A stretch of 64,000 bases of DNA from Octopus vulgaris (GCA_951406725.2 OX597838.1:32612001-32676000), one strand, 5' to 3'; shown: positions 39,569 through 53,708, counted from the stretch's first letter. Notes: generated from the sequence alone by a model not told the origin. Translations and numbers: made by a program.

Positions 39569-41302
39569 AGCAAAAGCTTTAAAAACCGCCAATCCTACGA
39601 TAAATACACACACGAGCAATGCAATGAACACTTCAAGAAATAGGGATACCTTTAGGACGGAATTTGAAGGTAGCTTATATACCCCAATATCAAGTGAGTT
39701 CATACTGTTTGAAGGTAGGCCTATTTTTTGAAGGGTTCTAATTTTTTTTTATTACCTATAAAAAGGCCACACTAAATGTTCCTTGACAAATACAACGCAT
39801 AAAGAGAATACAAAACGCGACAAAACATAAACTCGGGGAACTAAAAATTAACAAAAAGTGGATGAAATTAGAAGAAAAAAAATAAAAGAAACGAAAAATA
39901 GTATGAAAAATGAGGCGCAATGCCCACTCGAACCCCGAATTTGAGTTGTTACATTTTCACAGTCTTTTCTCTCTTATTTTTTAAAGTCTATTTATATACA
40001 TTTTTCACAGTCATTTTTTTCTTTCTTTCCCCCTTTTTTTTTCCAAGTTCACATTAGTATTGAAAGTTCTTTTACCTTTATTTCTCCACTCTTTCCAACC
40101 TCTCGTAATCCACTACAGAAGATGCATCTTCATCCAACCAGTATTCCTTAATCCATTTCAAACGATCCGAAAATACATCCATAAATCTATCAGACTTCTC
40201 CTCTCGTATCCATGCACCTCTCTCGTCCATCTCAAATCCTTCTCTCGGCAGCTTCTCTTTCAACAGTCCCTTCCATTTCGCCATCTTTTTTTTCTCTTCG
40301 TCCACATTCTTCCTATATATTGCCAAGTAACCCTTATTTTTGTACTCTTCGATTGCTTCTTGCGTATTTTTAGCTTCGGTTCGTTTCTTCCCTTTGCTTG
40401 ACTTTTTGCTTTCTATTGGATACTCTCTCGTCTTTGCTTTTCCCCTTCTTTCGGGGCTGATAAAGCCGTCATACCCCCTCTTTCACCTCGATCCTTTCCT
40501 TCTCATTTACGTCGCCGACGCGCTCCGCATCACTTCTATCCTCTCTCGTTTCAATTTTCCTTTCCATCTTTTTTCTGTTCCTCCTCTTTTACACTCAGAG
40601 TAAATTCTAACAAGGGGCACTGAGCCTTCATATGGCCCCGTGCTCCACAAATATAAAAATTAGGACGTCTTCCTTTTAGCCTTGCTCCTTCCTCAATCTC
40701 AATTTGGAAGGGCATTCGGTTTATGTCTTCGAATGTGACAAAAAGCCACATTTCGACTCTGAATATCCACCAGTTTCGCCTCTCCGGTTGGAGAGGAGAA
40801 GAACTTTCAATACTAATGTGAACTCGGGGGGGAAAAAAAGGAAAGAAAGAAAAAAAATGACTGTAAAAAATGTATATATGTAGACTTTAAAAAAAAATAG
40901 AGAAAAGACTGTGAAAATGTAACAACTCAAATTCGGGGTTCGAGTGGGCATTGCGCCTCATTTTCCATACTATCATTCGTTTCTTTACTTTTTTTTCTTC
41001 TAATCTCATCCACTTTTTGTTAATTTTTAGTTCCCCGAGTTTATGTTGTGTCGCGTTTTGTATTCTCTTTATGCGTTGTATTTGTCAAGGAACATTTAGT
41101 GTGGCCTTTTTATAGGTAATAAAAAAAAATGAGAACACTTCAAAAAATAGGCCTACCTTCAAACAGCATGAAATCAATTGATATTGGGGTATGTAAACTA
41201 CCTTCAAATTCCCTCCTAAAGGTAGGCCTATTTCTTGAAGTGTTCATTGCGTTGCTCGTGTGTGTATTTATCGTAGGATTGGCGGTTTTTAAAGCTTTCG
41301 CT
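39569..41302 (-). mobile_element. 1.7-kb structure: two about 500-bp inverted arms enclosing a degenerate L1/Tx1 ORF1-like zinc-knuckle coding fragment
   Basis: 39569-40071 is the reverse complement of 40799-41302. Spacer - strand encodes MPFQIEIEEGARLKGRRPNFYICGARGHMKAQCP (CCHC knuckle, first Cys read as Phe) and an acidic/basic tail ending TAA at 40078. Confidence 0.8.
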
Positions 41303-41706
41303 TTCATCTTTGGCAAGCGGTATTCAAATATTTAATATTATACCTATTAAGGTTGAAGTCTTGCTAACGCCTCATTATTAATGTTTTAACAGTAATAATG
41401 CTTTCATATATTTATAGGAGCACTCCGTTGGTTACGACGACGTGGGTCCCAGCTGATACGATCAACGGAACAGTCTGCTCGTGAAATTAACGTACAAGTG
41501 ACTGAGCACTCCACAGACACGCGTACCCCTAACGTAGTTCTCAGAGAGATTCAGCGTGACACAGAATGTGGCAAGGCTGGCCCTTTGAAATACAGTACAA
41601 CAATTTTTGCCAGCTGGAGTGCACTGGAGCAACGTGAAATAAAGTGTCTTGCTCAAGCCCACAAAATGACGAAACTGCAGTTCTGCTCTGCCGTCACGAT
41701 GAAGCC

Positions 41707-42488
41707 ATACCTATTTCTTTACTACCCACAAGGGGCTAAACACAGAGGGGACAAACAAGGACAGACAAACGGATTAAGTCGATTACATCGATCCCAGTGC
41801 GTAACTGGTACTTAGTTTATCGACCCCGAAAAGATGAAAGGTATAGTCGACCCGGCGGAATTTGAACTCAGAACGTAACGGCAGACGAAATATCTATTTC
41901 TTTACTACCCACAAGGGGCTAAACTCAGAGGGGACAAACAAGGACAGACAGACGGATTAAGTCGATTATATCGACCCTAGTGCGTAACTGGTACTTATTT
42001 AATCGACCCCGAAAGGATGAAAGGTAAAGTCGACCCGGCGGAATTTGAACTCTGAACGGTAACGACAGACGAAATACCTATTTCTTTACTACCCACAAGG
42101 GGCTAAACACAGAGGGGACAAACAAACGGATTAAGTCGATTACATCGACCCCAGTGCGTAACTGGTACTTATTTAATCGACCCCGAAAGGATGAAAGGTA
42201 AAGTCGACCCGGCGGAATTTGAACTCAGAACGTAACGGCAGACGAAATACCTATTTCTATTTCTTTATTACCCACAAGGGGCTAAACACAGAGGGGACAG
42301 ACAAGGACAGACATAGGTATTAAGTCGATTACATCGACCCCAGTGCGGAATGGTACTTAATTTATCGACCCCGAAAGGATGAAAGGCAAAGTCGACCTCG
42401 ACGGAATTTGAACTCACAACGAACGGCAGACGAAATACGGCTGAGCATTTTGCCCGGCATGCTAACGTTTCTGCCAGCTCGCCGCCTT
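41707..42488 (-). mobile_element. SINE family B concatemer: one head plus 4 tandem bodies
   Basis: Units restart at about 41707, 41888, 42073 and 42246. Other family B monomers/dimers at about 7931-8235, 12263-12650, 23640-23870, 25350-25940, 38131-38520, 44248-44480 and 63637-64000. Confidence 0.9.
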
Positions 42489-43824
42489 ACCGTCGACTAC
42501 ATGGCCACCTCCTTTACCAATACATCAACTTGCTTTTTCACGTCAACTCTTTAGCAACTGTTTCGATACACTGACGTGGGACGGCGAAGGATGGTTCACA
42601 AGATTTTACATCCTCGTGGTGTGGACTGAGCAACATTCCGACTTTGGTCTGAATGACTAAAAACTCGAATACAATGCAATCATTCTCCAATTTTCATCGT
42701 GCGTTGCCGACGGACATGATTCTTTTCAATCCTCCATCATAGCTCATTAGTGACCGTCGTTATATGCAGGGAGACAACTCTAAGTAAACTCTCTGCACAT
42801 AATAAGACCCATGCTGGATATTTTGAGAATGTATATATATATACGTGTATCCGTCATTACAACTTCACAATTATCTGTCTGCCTTTCAACGCGACCTCTT
42901 TTCATTGCGAACTGCTACAGATTCAAAGCAGTATTCGTGAAGTGAAGTCAAACACATCATGTCTTCATTTTTCGTTACCTGAAGTCAATATCAGAGTGGC
43001 CGTACACAGTAAAAAAAAATAATAAAGCTTAGCCAGGCTCATGGGCCCGGTTTCCGGGTTTCAATGACGTATGTGTTCCCCAGCTGAACGGGGACGCCAG
43101 TCCATCGCAGTGTTACTCATTTTTGCCAGCGGAGTGGACTGGAGCAGCGTGAAATGAAGTGTTTTGCTCAAGAACACAACGCGTCGCCCGCAATCTAGAC
43201 TAGGGTCTGAAAGTTTACCACACCATAGTAGGTTACATCATGGTTCCTCTGCTTTGCGGAAGAAGTAAGAGTGAGAGCAAGTTGTGGTGAAAGAGTACAG
43301 CGGGGTTCATCACCCACTCCCCGCCGGAGCTTCGTGGAGCTTAGGTGTTTTTGCTCAATAAACACTCACAATGCCCGGTCTGGGAATCGAACCCGCGTTC
43401 TTACGACCGCGAATCCACTGCCCTAACCACTTGGCCATTGCGCCTCCTGTTGCTGCTGTTGTCGCTACTTACGTGATATTCTTATTATGACATAACCACG
43501 CCCCCCCTCTCTCTCTCTCTATCTCTCTCTCTTTCTCTCTCTCTCTCTGCTCCTCGCTCCTCTTAATCTATCTCACAATCCTTTCTCCACCACTGCCACA
43601 ACCATTCCATACCTGTTTTCCTCCTCCTCCGAACTTTTTTCACCATTTTCTATAGGCGTAGGAGTAGCTGTGTGGTAAATAGCTTGCTTACCAACCAAAT
43701 GGTTCCGGGTTCGGTTCCACTGCTTGGCACCTTGAGCAAGTGTCTTCTACTATAGCCTCGGGCCGACCAAAGCCTTGTGAGTGGATTTGGTAGACGGAAA
43801 CTGAAAGTAGCCCGACGTATATAA

Positions 43825-43890
<66 letters not shown>

Positions 43891-46263
43891 GTACGTATTA
43901 TGTATGTATGTGCGTGTATATGTTTGTGTGTCTGTGTTTGTCCCCACAACATCGCTTGACAACCGATGCCGGTGTATTTACGTCACCGTAACTTAGCGGT
44001 TCGGCAAAAGACACCGACAGAATAAGTACTAGGCTTACAAAGAATAAGTCCTGGGGTCGATCTGCTCGACTAAAGGCGTTGTCCAGCATGGCCACTGTCA
44101 AATGGCTGAAACAAAAAAAAAAGAGTATAGCATCTCTAGCCCAAACTTCTCCACCCCTACCATACATTCAATTTGATCTAAAGGCCTGATTCCCACCAGT
44201 CTATATTGTCTGTATTATCTGTATCTTTATTACATTCATATTACAGAAGGCAGCGAGTTGGCAGAAACGTTAGCACGCCGGGCGAAATTCGTAGCCGTAT
44301 TTCGTCTGCCGTTACGTTCCGAGTTCAAATTCCGCCGAGGTCGACTTTACCTTTCATTCATTCAGGGTCGATAAATTAAGTACCAGTTACGTACTGTGGT
44401 CGATGTAATCGACTTAATCCGTTTGTCTGTCCTTGTTTGTCCCCTCTGTGTTTAGCCCCTTGTGGGTAGTAAAGAAATAGATATATTCATATTACAGCTT
44501 TCTGCTGTTAATCGTTTACTTGCTTCAGTCATTGGATTACGGCCATGCATCACCTTCAAGGGTTTTAGTCTTATAAATCAACCCTCAGTACTTTTTTTTC
44601 TGGACCTGGTACTTATCTTCTTGCCGAAACGCTGTGTTGCAAGGACGTAAACAAACCAGCACCGGTTGTCAAACGGTGGTGCTGCATAAGCACAACACAA
44701 ACAGAAACACACACACACACACATACAACAGGCTTCTTTCAGTTTCTCTCTACCAAATCCATTCACAAGGCTTTGGTCGGCTCAGGGCTATAGCAGAAGA
44801 CATTTGTCCGAGGTGCCGTGCAGTGGGACTGATCCTAAGAGCATACGGTTGAGAAGATAACTTCTTAAACGCAATAGCCGCATAGCAATTTCCAATGTTA
44901 TATTATACCTATTATACCTTTATGTTGTCATTATATTCTCCCCAACATTTCAATTGTGATTTTATTACAGTTATCTCCCTTGGTTATGTTTTTATTTTCT
45001 CTTAGATTTTAAACATTCCTAAAGGAAGGCTTTTGTCTATGATTAGGTATACGTACATGTATATATACATACATTTATGTACATACATACATACATACAT
45101 ACATACATACATACATACATACATACATACATACATACATACATACATACATACATACAGTATGTATGTATATATATGATGAACAAACTAAATTTGTTTC
45201 TCCATTTTCTTATTTGTTTTATAAATTTACGTTAAAAATATTTCTTTACCTTCACCCGTTTAGTACAATAAATGAATTAATTACATTGCAATTAAAAACA
45301 TTTATGTATTATGAATCTGGGTACTTTACCAACAGTATATTGGATAATTGATATCCCATAGTGGGTTACATCCATAACCCCTATCTTACTTTGTATTGCG
45401 CAGGAGTGGCTGTGTGGTATGTAGCTTGTTTACCAACCACATGGTTCTGGGTTCAGTCCCACTGCGTGGCACCTTAGGCAAGTGTCTTCTACTATAGCCT
45501 CGGGCCGACCAATGCCTTGTGAGTGGATTTGGTAGATGGAAACTGAAAGAAGCTTGTCGTATATATGTATATATATGTGTGTGTGTGTTTGTGTGTCTGT
45601 GTTTGTCCCCCTAGCATCGCTAGTGTGTTTACGCTGGTGTGTTTACGTCCTCCTCACTTAGCGGTTCGGCAAAAGAGACCGATAGAATAAGTACTGGCCG
45701 CAGTCAAATGACTGAAACAAGTAAAAGAGTATATACGAGTGTGTGGGCGAAAAAATGGCGCTCGACATATTTAGTAAGAGTTACATGTATTATTTAAGAC
45801 AATTCGATTTGGCTGTATGCGGCTTAAAGTTTCACGGGCTTCTACCAAAAACCAGTCTCTTTCAGGCTTGCACGCACCTCTCTTCCCCCCTCTCTCTCTG
45901 TGGCTGTGTGGTAAGTAGCTTGCTTACCAACCACATGGTTCCGGGCTCAGTCCCACTGCGTGGCACCTTGGGCAAGTGTCTTCTACTATAGCCTCGGGCC
46001 GACCAACACCAGTAAATGTATATATGTATAAATATGTATGTGTGTGTATATGTTTGTGTGTCTGGTGTTTGCCCCGCCAACATTGCTTGACAACCGATGC
46101 TGGTATGTTCACGTCCCCGTAACTTAGTGGTTCGGCAAAAGTGACCGATAGAATAAGTACTAGGCTTACAAAGAATAAGTCCTGGGGTCGATTTGCTCGA
46201 CTAAAGGCGGTGCTCCAGCATGGCCGCAGTCAAATGACTGAAACAAGTAAAAGAGTAAAAAGA

Positions 46264-46309
<46 letters not shown>

Positions 46310-46340
46310 AGAAAGAGAGAGAGAGAGAGAGATAGGTAGG

Positions 46341-46395
<55 letters not shown>

Positions 46396-47123
46396 GCTAT
46401 AGTAGAAGACTCTTACCCAAGGTGTCACACAGCGGTGACTTAACCCGAAACAATGTGGTTGGGCCGCAAACTTCTTACCACAGCCATATCTGCGCCCATA
46501 AAAAAAATCGCACTGTTCAGTTCGGTATTTGAACCTACGATCAATTGAACAAGAGTCTAACACGTTTGCCATTAACCTACGTGCCCTCTAAAAATGTAAG
46601 GGGAATGGACACGAAACATTTAGTCGTAAAAATAAGATGACTACAGCTCAAATGCGTTTGACCCGGGGCTAAACAACAACACACTCTTTCCTTTTTATCT
46701 GTCTGTCTGTCTCTCTCTGTCTCTCTCTCTTTCTCCCCTTCTCTTCCTTCCTCTTTTTATTTCCTCCTACTTCTTCGTGTAATTTAATCTACGTCCCCTC
46801 CCCTCTTAATCTCCCTCCCATTAATCCTCTACATCGCCATTTGATTCGGCCAGTTTAGCTCCTCTATCTACTCCTCCCCATCCATGTACACTTCATCACC
46901 ATCAATCATCACACACACACACATACACATACACACACTCATACACACACACTAACGCACACAAACCTTCATACACATGCACGCACACACATATACATTC
47001 ATACAGGTACGTACGCGCGCTCGCGCACACACACACACACACTCATACACACACACTAACTCACACAAACATTCATACACACGCACGCACACACATATAC
47101 ATTCATACAGGTACGTAAGTGCG

Positions 47124-47154
<31 letters not shown>

Positions 47155-47298
47155 TTATACACACTCGCATACGCACAGGCACTGAGACACGCATACACAC
47201 ACGCACAATGACGCACACACATACATTCACGCAGAAAGAGAGAAAGAGAGGAAGCAAAGAGAAAGACAAAGAGAGAATGATGCACTTACATATTGATC

Positions 47299-47334
<36 letters not shown>

Positions 47335-48100
47335 CTTACACTCTCTCAACCCACATCCTGTCTATACACATACATAAAGTGATTGATCTCCCCTCTCTTT
47401 ACACTCACACACAAACGCACACACACACACACACATAAATACACACGCTCACTCACACACATACAGACACGCGCGCACACACACCAGTATAGTGCGAGTG
47501 CGTGTGAGCAGCTGTCGTCTGCGTGTGTCATTCGATTGTGTCGTCTGCCAACAGACAAAAAAAAAACCCTCCCAAAATGTCTAAAGCAGACGACACCATC
47601 TACACACATATATACATGTCTGTATATATTTTATATAACGATGTCTTACAAACTGTAGATAGTTTGCGACTTTATTGAAATGACTGAAAATCATTTCTTG
47701 TACTTCATAGAAGGTAAGGCTGATGAAAATATTCTTGTTTTACTGATATTTTTTGTCACAATGTTCTTTCTTTCTTCATTTTGTTTCTCTCTTTTCTAAT
47801 TAATTCTTCATGTTTTTCTTCTTCTTTTTTTTTCATAGTTATATTCAAGTATGTAGCGTATATTTTTTTTTTACATTATGTAGTTGTTGTTTTTTTTTTA
47901 TATGGAGCCTCTGCTCAAGGTATATATAAGCTTTCCATTTGTGGCTATCACGTCTTATTTATTTACACCATCAGTTGGGGCTGTGTGGTAAGAAGTTTGC
48001 AGTTGCTTCCCAACTACATGATTCCGTGTTCAATCCAACTGCGTGGCCGACCAAAGCCTTGTGAGTGGATTTGATAGACGGAAACTGAAAGAAGACATCG

Positions 48101-48132
<32 letters not shown>

Positions 48133-48136
48133 TGTA

Positions 48137-48171
<35 letters not shown>

Positions 48172-48304
48172 ATGTATGTATGTATGTATGTATGTATGTA
48201 TGTATGTATGTATGTATGTATGTGTGTGTGTGTATGTATGTATGTATGTATGTATGTATGTATGTGTGTGTGTATGTATGTATGCATGTATGTATGTATG
48301 TATG

Positions 48305-48336
<32 letters not shown>

Positions 48337-48782
48337 CATGTATGTATGTATGTATGTATGTATGTATGCATGTATGTATGTATGTATGTATGTATTTATA
48401 TATGTATGTATGTAAGTATGTATGTATGTATGTATGTATGTATGTATGTATGTATGTGTGCATATGTATGCGTGTGTGTCTATGTTTGCATTTGACCGCC
48501 ACCACTACTTGGCAACCGGCGTTGGTTTGTTTACGTCACCGTAACTTAGCGGTTCGGCAAATGAACTGATAGAATAAGTCCCAGGCTTTAAAATGACGTA
48601 CTAGGGGGCCGATTCGTTCGACTAAAATCCCTTGAAGGTTGTGCACTAGCATGGCCGTAGTCAAGTGACTTAAAACAAGTAAAAGATAAGGTGAAAAGCT
48701 GTCCAGTTGTGACCAACACGACTTTATTTTATTTATTTATTTATTGTGTCTATCTTTATTTCTACCATCATCCCGGTACATT

Positions 48783-48900
48783 GGCGGAGGTAAAGAATAC
48801 GTACACCACTCGTTTTCGGCGTAACAAAAACCCCTAAACCTTAACCCTAAACCCTAACCCTAAACCTAAACACCGGGTGTATGCATTCTTTACTTTCGCC
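48783..48900. mobile_element. Small MITE-like element with CCCTAA/CCCTAAA core
   Basis: Imperfect 25-bp TIR GGCGGAGGTAAAGAATACGTACACC / GGTGTATGCATTCTTTACTTTCGCC; CATT on both sides. Confidence 0.65.
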
Positions 48901-49584
48901 CATTGTTTTAGGGGGCGAATTGGCAAAGTTGTCAGAGGACAAGACAAAATGCTTTGCTGTATTATATATCCACTTCACTGCGTTCAGAGTTCAAATCCCA
49001 CCAAGGCCAACTTTGCCTATCATCTTTTCGGAGGTTTGATAGAATAAGTTTACAGTTCTAGGATTGTGGAATTATCACCAAGTGATACATTAGTGTTTGT
49101 TCTGGTGGACCTTTGCGTCCACAGTTCTTCGAGTGATGGGGACCAACGAAAGGAAATTCTCTGGGCTAAACAAGAGCCCTTTCGAGCACCTAGCAAGCGG
49201 GGCAGTTCCTCTCAAAATTCAAGTTTGATGTTAGGGGTTTTTTCCTCTTTCTTGTTTTAAGGGTCTGTTAGATATTCACCGCCTCCCCCATCTCCAGCGT
49301 TCTCTGTTGTTCTCGGTACGAAGTAACAGGCTAAATCCTTTCCCGTATAATCCCTGGATAGGTTTAATCTGTTATCCGGTTTAACACCATCACCTGGTCT
49401 TTTGGGTGCCCTTTGTAATATGTGTGTATGTGTGCGTGTGTGTGTGTGCATGCATGCATGCATATATAAAGACATACGTATGTATGTGTATCTATGTCTG
49501 TGTGCATACGTATGTATACACACGTATGTGTGTATATAAGTGTGAGTGTGTGTGTGTATGTATGTATGTATGTATGTATGTATG

Positions 49585-49666
<82 letters not shown>

Positions 49667-49699
49667 TGTGTGTGTCGTGTGTATGTATATATATATGTA

Positions 49700-49744
<45 letters not shown>

Positions 49745-49962
49745 TCGCCATCATGATCGTAAGATTGTGGTTTCGATTCCTGGACCGGGCGACGCGTTGT
49801 GTTCTTGAGCAAAACACTTCATTTCACGTTGCTCCAGTCCACTCAGCTGGCAAAAATGAGTAACGCTGCGATCGACTGGCGTCCCCGTCCAGCTGCGGAA
49901 CACATACGCCATTAAAACCGGGAAACCGGGTCCATGAGGCTGCCTAGGCTTTAAAAGGGCGC

Positions 49963-50018
<56 letters not shown>

Positions 50019-51093
50019 AGAAAATGGAGGGGGTCAGAGATGGTATTCATCAACTTTTAGACATTATATTATGTCTTTTTTTTTAAAAAAAAACAATTAT
50101 AACAATATACATACATGTATAACATATTATGCTTTACATATTGGTGTCGGCATCCTTTTGCCTCAGGAGACAATGGAGTTGCGCATAAACTAATCCAGTC
50201 TGGTTTTTACATTTCATGTCCTCTCCAGTTTTGCGCAGGTCTGGGCTAGATGTAAGAAAATCCTGGGTAGCCCAATCGTCAGGATTCCTCTCTCGACCTT
50301 GCTGACGTAGTTCAAAAGTTTGGCACCAGCTTGGTTGCAGGAGCTGCCGGAAGAGTGTCGACTCGAACACTAAACCGCCTACGGGGCTCCACTTCGGATT
50401 TCTTTGAAGGTTGTCTCCTTTCCGTAACCCTGGATAGGGTCCCATACCGGGTACTGTCAGCCGGAGCCAGCTGAACCCGGGTCTCGTGTCAGGCAGGGTA
50501 GTCACTTCCTGAAGTAGTAAGGAAAATCGCTACCCACTACATATTTTAATCGTCTGATAAAACTTTTTTAGTCGGTAGATATTTATTTTATTTTTATTTT
50601 TACCTTTACTTATCTTATATTTGTCTATCAGGTTTTTTGGTAGTTTTTAAATTTCTACCTTCTGTGATTTTATGTGTATGCTGTGACAATAGCTTAGGGT
50701 CCCTCAAACCCTAATACCAACCAAGAGTATTTCTGTGTCCCCACACTTTGATGGATTGTCCTCACCTATGCTAGTTAACTCCGGATCAGAATAGACCTGG
50801 GAACAATAGTGGTTAAGAGTGGGGGTTCCTTGCTCCTCAAAACCCTGGAACTCCCGAATGAGAGCGACATTACCGAATGCAGTTTAAAGCCATACCCATG
50901 ACAAATATAGATCGTTGCTATTAAGCAAAAGTGTCGTAAATGCAAAACATTGCTTTCTCAGAAAATGAAAAAAATAGTGCCACCATTCGATTTCTTTTTA
51001 CATTAGCAACAGTTTCAGCTTAACAATAATATTTTGTTCGGCGTGTAAGGACCGTGCGATGCGAGGTGACGAGAATAGCTCTTTAGTACAAAT

Positions 51094-51111
51094 TGGTGAC
51101 CCCGACGTGAT
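51094..51111 (+). other. tRNA-Trp primer-binding site of an LTR retrotransposon relic
   Basis: TGGTGACCCCGACGTGAT is complementary to the 3' 18 nt of eukaryotic tRNA-Trp including CCA, and sits 3 nt after a TACA LTR-like end (51090). Confidence 0.8.
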
Positions 51112-51526
51112 CTGAGTTATACACGGCAGTTGGCGCAACCGAGTAAGAGACAAATTGCGCCAATACCAACCAATCAGAGTAGGGGACACAACGGGGTCCA
51201 AATAGCGGCCAAAGGCTAGCTGTTACCTACTACGTTCGAATGCACGTATATATAATAATGGGAGAGAGGAATTTCACCCGCGTCTACGCTACAGGTGCAT
51301 AAGATCGTAACTCCATGCATGTATGATATTTTCAGTCAGAAATATTTCTGCAAAACTGTCGTATGTGGGACTTAATACACTTTTGAAAAATGCTAAACCG
51401 TTGTACTTACACTTTGGCGGTTTTCATCTGAAGCCGCTGGAGATACGATGATAGTTTGACCAAAAGAACCGGCTATTGCAAACAAAATTAAATATTGGGA
51501 GAAACGCATTTAATATTGGGAGAAAC

Positions 51527-51880
51527 GCATCTAACACACGTGGACATATTTACAAAGTCAGAAAACAGCACAGCTCCCGTGACTTCAGGAAACATTTTTT
51601 CACGCTGAGAGTTGCTGAAGCATGGAACAAACTGCCGGCATCTGTTGTTAGTTGTCGGAGCACTGCATCCTTCAAAACTTCCATGCTTTCTGAGATTCGC
51701 CAACACTACACCTGATTTTTCTCCCCTCCATATACACACAGGCATGTATCTGACTCATACATTGTTCGCTTTCCAGACATTTTTACATTACTGCATGTAC
51801 TTTATATGCACTTTCTGACAAGTTGTGGTGCACCTGAGCACTGTATACAATAATTTCATTATTATATTATTATTATATAA
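51527..51880 (+). mobile_element. CR1-group LINE 3' end, same family as 32940-33363
   Basis: SNTRGHIYKVRKQHSSRDFRKHFFTLRVAEAWNKLP, followed by 3' UTR and (ATT)n tail. Confidence 0.85.
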
Positions 51881-52419
51881 TAGCAACGAGATACATATGT
51901 ACACACCCACACTCAAACACACACATAAACACAAACACATATACACATCCACACATAAGTGCACACGCAAACACACAAATACACACGCATCCACATACAC
52001 ACATACATACAAACACAAACAACCACACACACACACACACACACGCACACACATGCAGTGAATACCACTCTCGGTAGTTCAAGTCCTGCTAAAACCGACT
52101 TGCCTTTCATTTTAAATGAAAGAACCAGTTGAGTCAAGTCCTAAATGAGGAATCGATATTATTGGCTTTGCTTTCCAGTTTCCAATAAATCATTATTACT
52201 TTGATATTTCGGTCAAGGGAGTCTCCACAGGGCAACTCTACTGGCTAAAAAAATAGGCGCAGGAGTGGCTGTGTGGTAAGTAGCTTGCTAACCAGCCACA
52301 TGGTTCCGGGTTCAGTCCACTGCGTGGCATCTTGGGCAAGTGTCTTCTGCTATAGCCCCGGGCCGACCAATGCCTTGTGAGTGGATTTGGTAGACGGAAA
52401 CTGAAAGAAGCCCGTCGTA

Positions 52420-52503
<84 letters not shown>

Positions 52504-53524
52504 TGTGTCTGTGTTTGTCCCCCTAGCATTGCTTGACAACCGATGCTGGTGTGTTTACGTCCCCGTCACTTAGCGGTTCGGCAAAAGTAACCGATAGAAT
52601 AAGTACAAGGCTTACAAAGAATAAGTCCCGGGGTCGATTTGCTCGACTAAAGGCGGTGCTCCAGCATGGCCGCAGTCAAATGACTGAAACAAGTAAAAGA
52701 GAGTAAAGAGAGTTGTCAAGTCGCATTCTGTTGTCTTAAGAAGTTTAAACAACACATTGGATAACGAAGTCTTCAATGTCCTTAAAAATACAGGAAGGTC
52801 ATGGCTAGAATGTCTTTGACCGAAAATCCGATGGATCGGGGGTGATCAGGAATTAAGCAAAACAAGAAAAAGTCATAGCTAGTATTGATCACAGGCAATG
52901 CCGTCATAAGGCGTGGGCACACGGAACAGTTGTCTCCGGGACCTCACGGATCCAGGGGCCCGATTCTAATCTGTGTATGCTGTGGCTTGGCGCCAGTAAA
53001 AAAATACCGTAGGTCCCGGCCCGTTGCAGTGATTGCACCCCCCGAGGGTGGGATGCTACAATATTGTTTAGACTGCCCTGCGTCATTTGCTCAGCATGAG
53101 AAATCCATCTCCTCGTTGTCATCGTCGTCGCCATCCTCCTCCTCTTTCTCATCATCATCATCATCATCATCGTTATCGTCGACGTCGTCATCATCATCAC
53201 CGTCGTCATCATCATCATCATCATCAATATATGATGGCCATTAGTCGGTGTTGTGAAGCGAGTGACATGGAAGGAAGACTCTCTGAAATGGGAATTACTG
53301 TCAGCTTGGGAAAGTATTCCCTGGAGATTCAAGACGACTGAAGTGCCGCCTTAACAACGCATTGACACACTGGGCAGTTTTTCAGGAAATTCCACGGGGT
53401 CCCCAGAGGCCCAGTGCTTAACCTATATATGTTGTTTATGTAGGAGACCTCCATGCCTTGGGTTGCCGAGGTTTGGTGTTTGGAGGGGAGACAATAATTT
53501 TGTTAACACACACACACACACAGC

Positions 53525-53556
<32 letters not shown>

Positions 53557-53621
53557 CTGAGCCTGACGAGTCGTCCATGAAGCTTAACGCTTTATGGATG
53601 CGAAGCCATTGGTCACTTTAG
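53557..53621 (+). ncRNA. Degenerate hammerhead motif next to (TA)n
   Basis: CTGACGA (53563-53569), 12-bp stem II CGTCCATGAAGC/GCTTTATGGATG, GAAG instead of GAAA, CCA-t-TGG stem III, GTC triplet; stem I is weak. Confidence 0.5.
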
Positions 53622-53663
53622 GACTGGACATATATTTAGCTGCATGTAGATGACAACCACCGC

Positions 53664-53708
<45 letters not shown>

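Noticed and set aside
50134-50505. 123-aa ORF in a GC-richer island (also 28459-28801)
   Set aside because: No recognisable protein domain; resembles untranslated ends of RTE-type LINEs, but could not be assigned confidently by eye.
51094-51111. Minus-strand tRNA-Trp gene
   Set aside because: Match covers only the 3' 18 nt including non-templated CCA; a PBS fits better.
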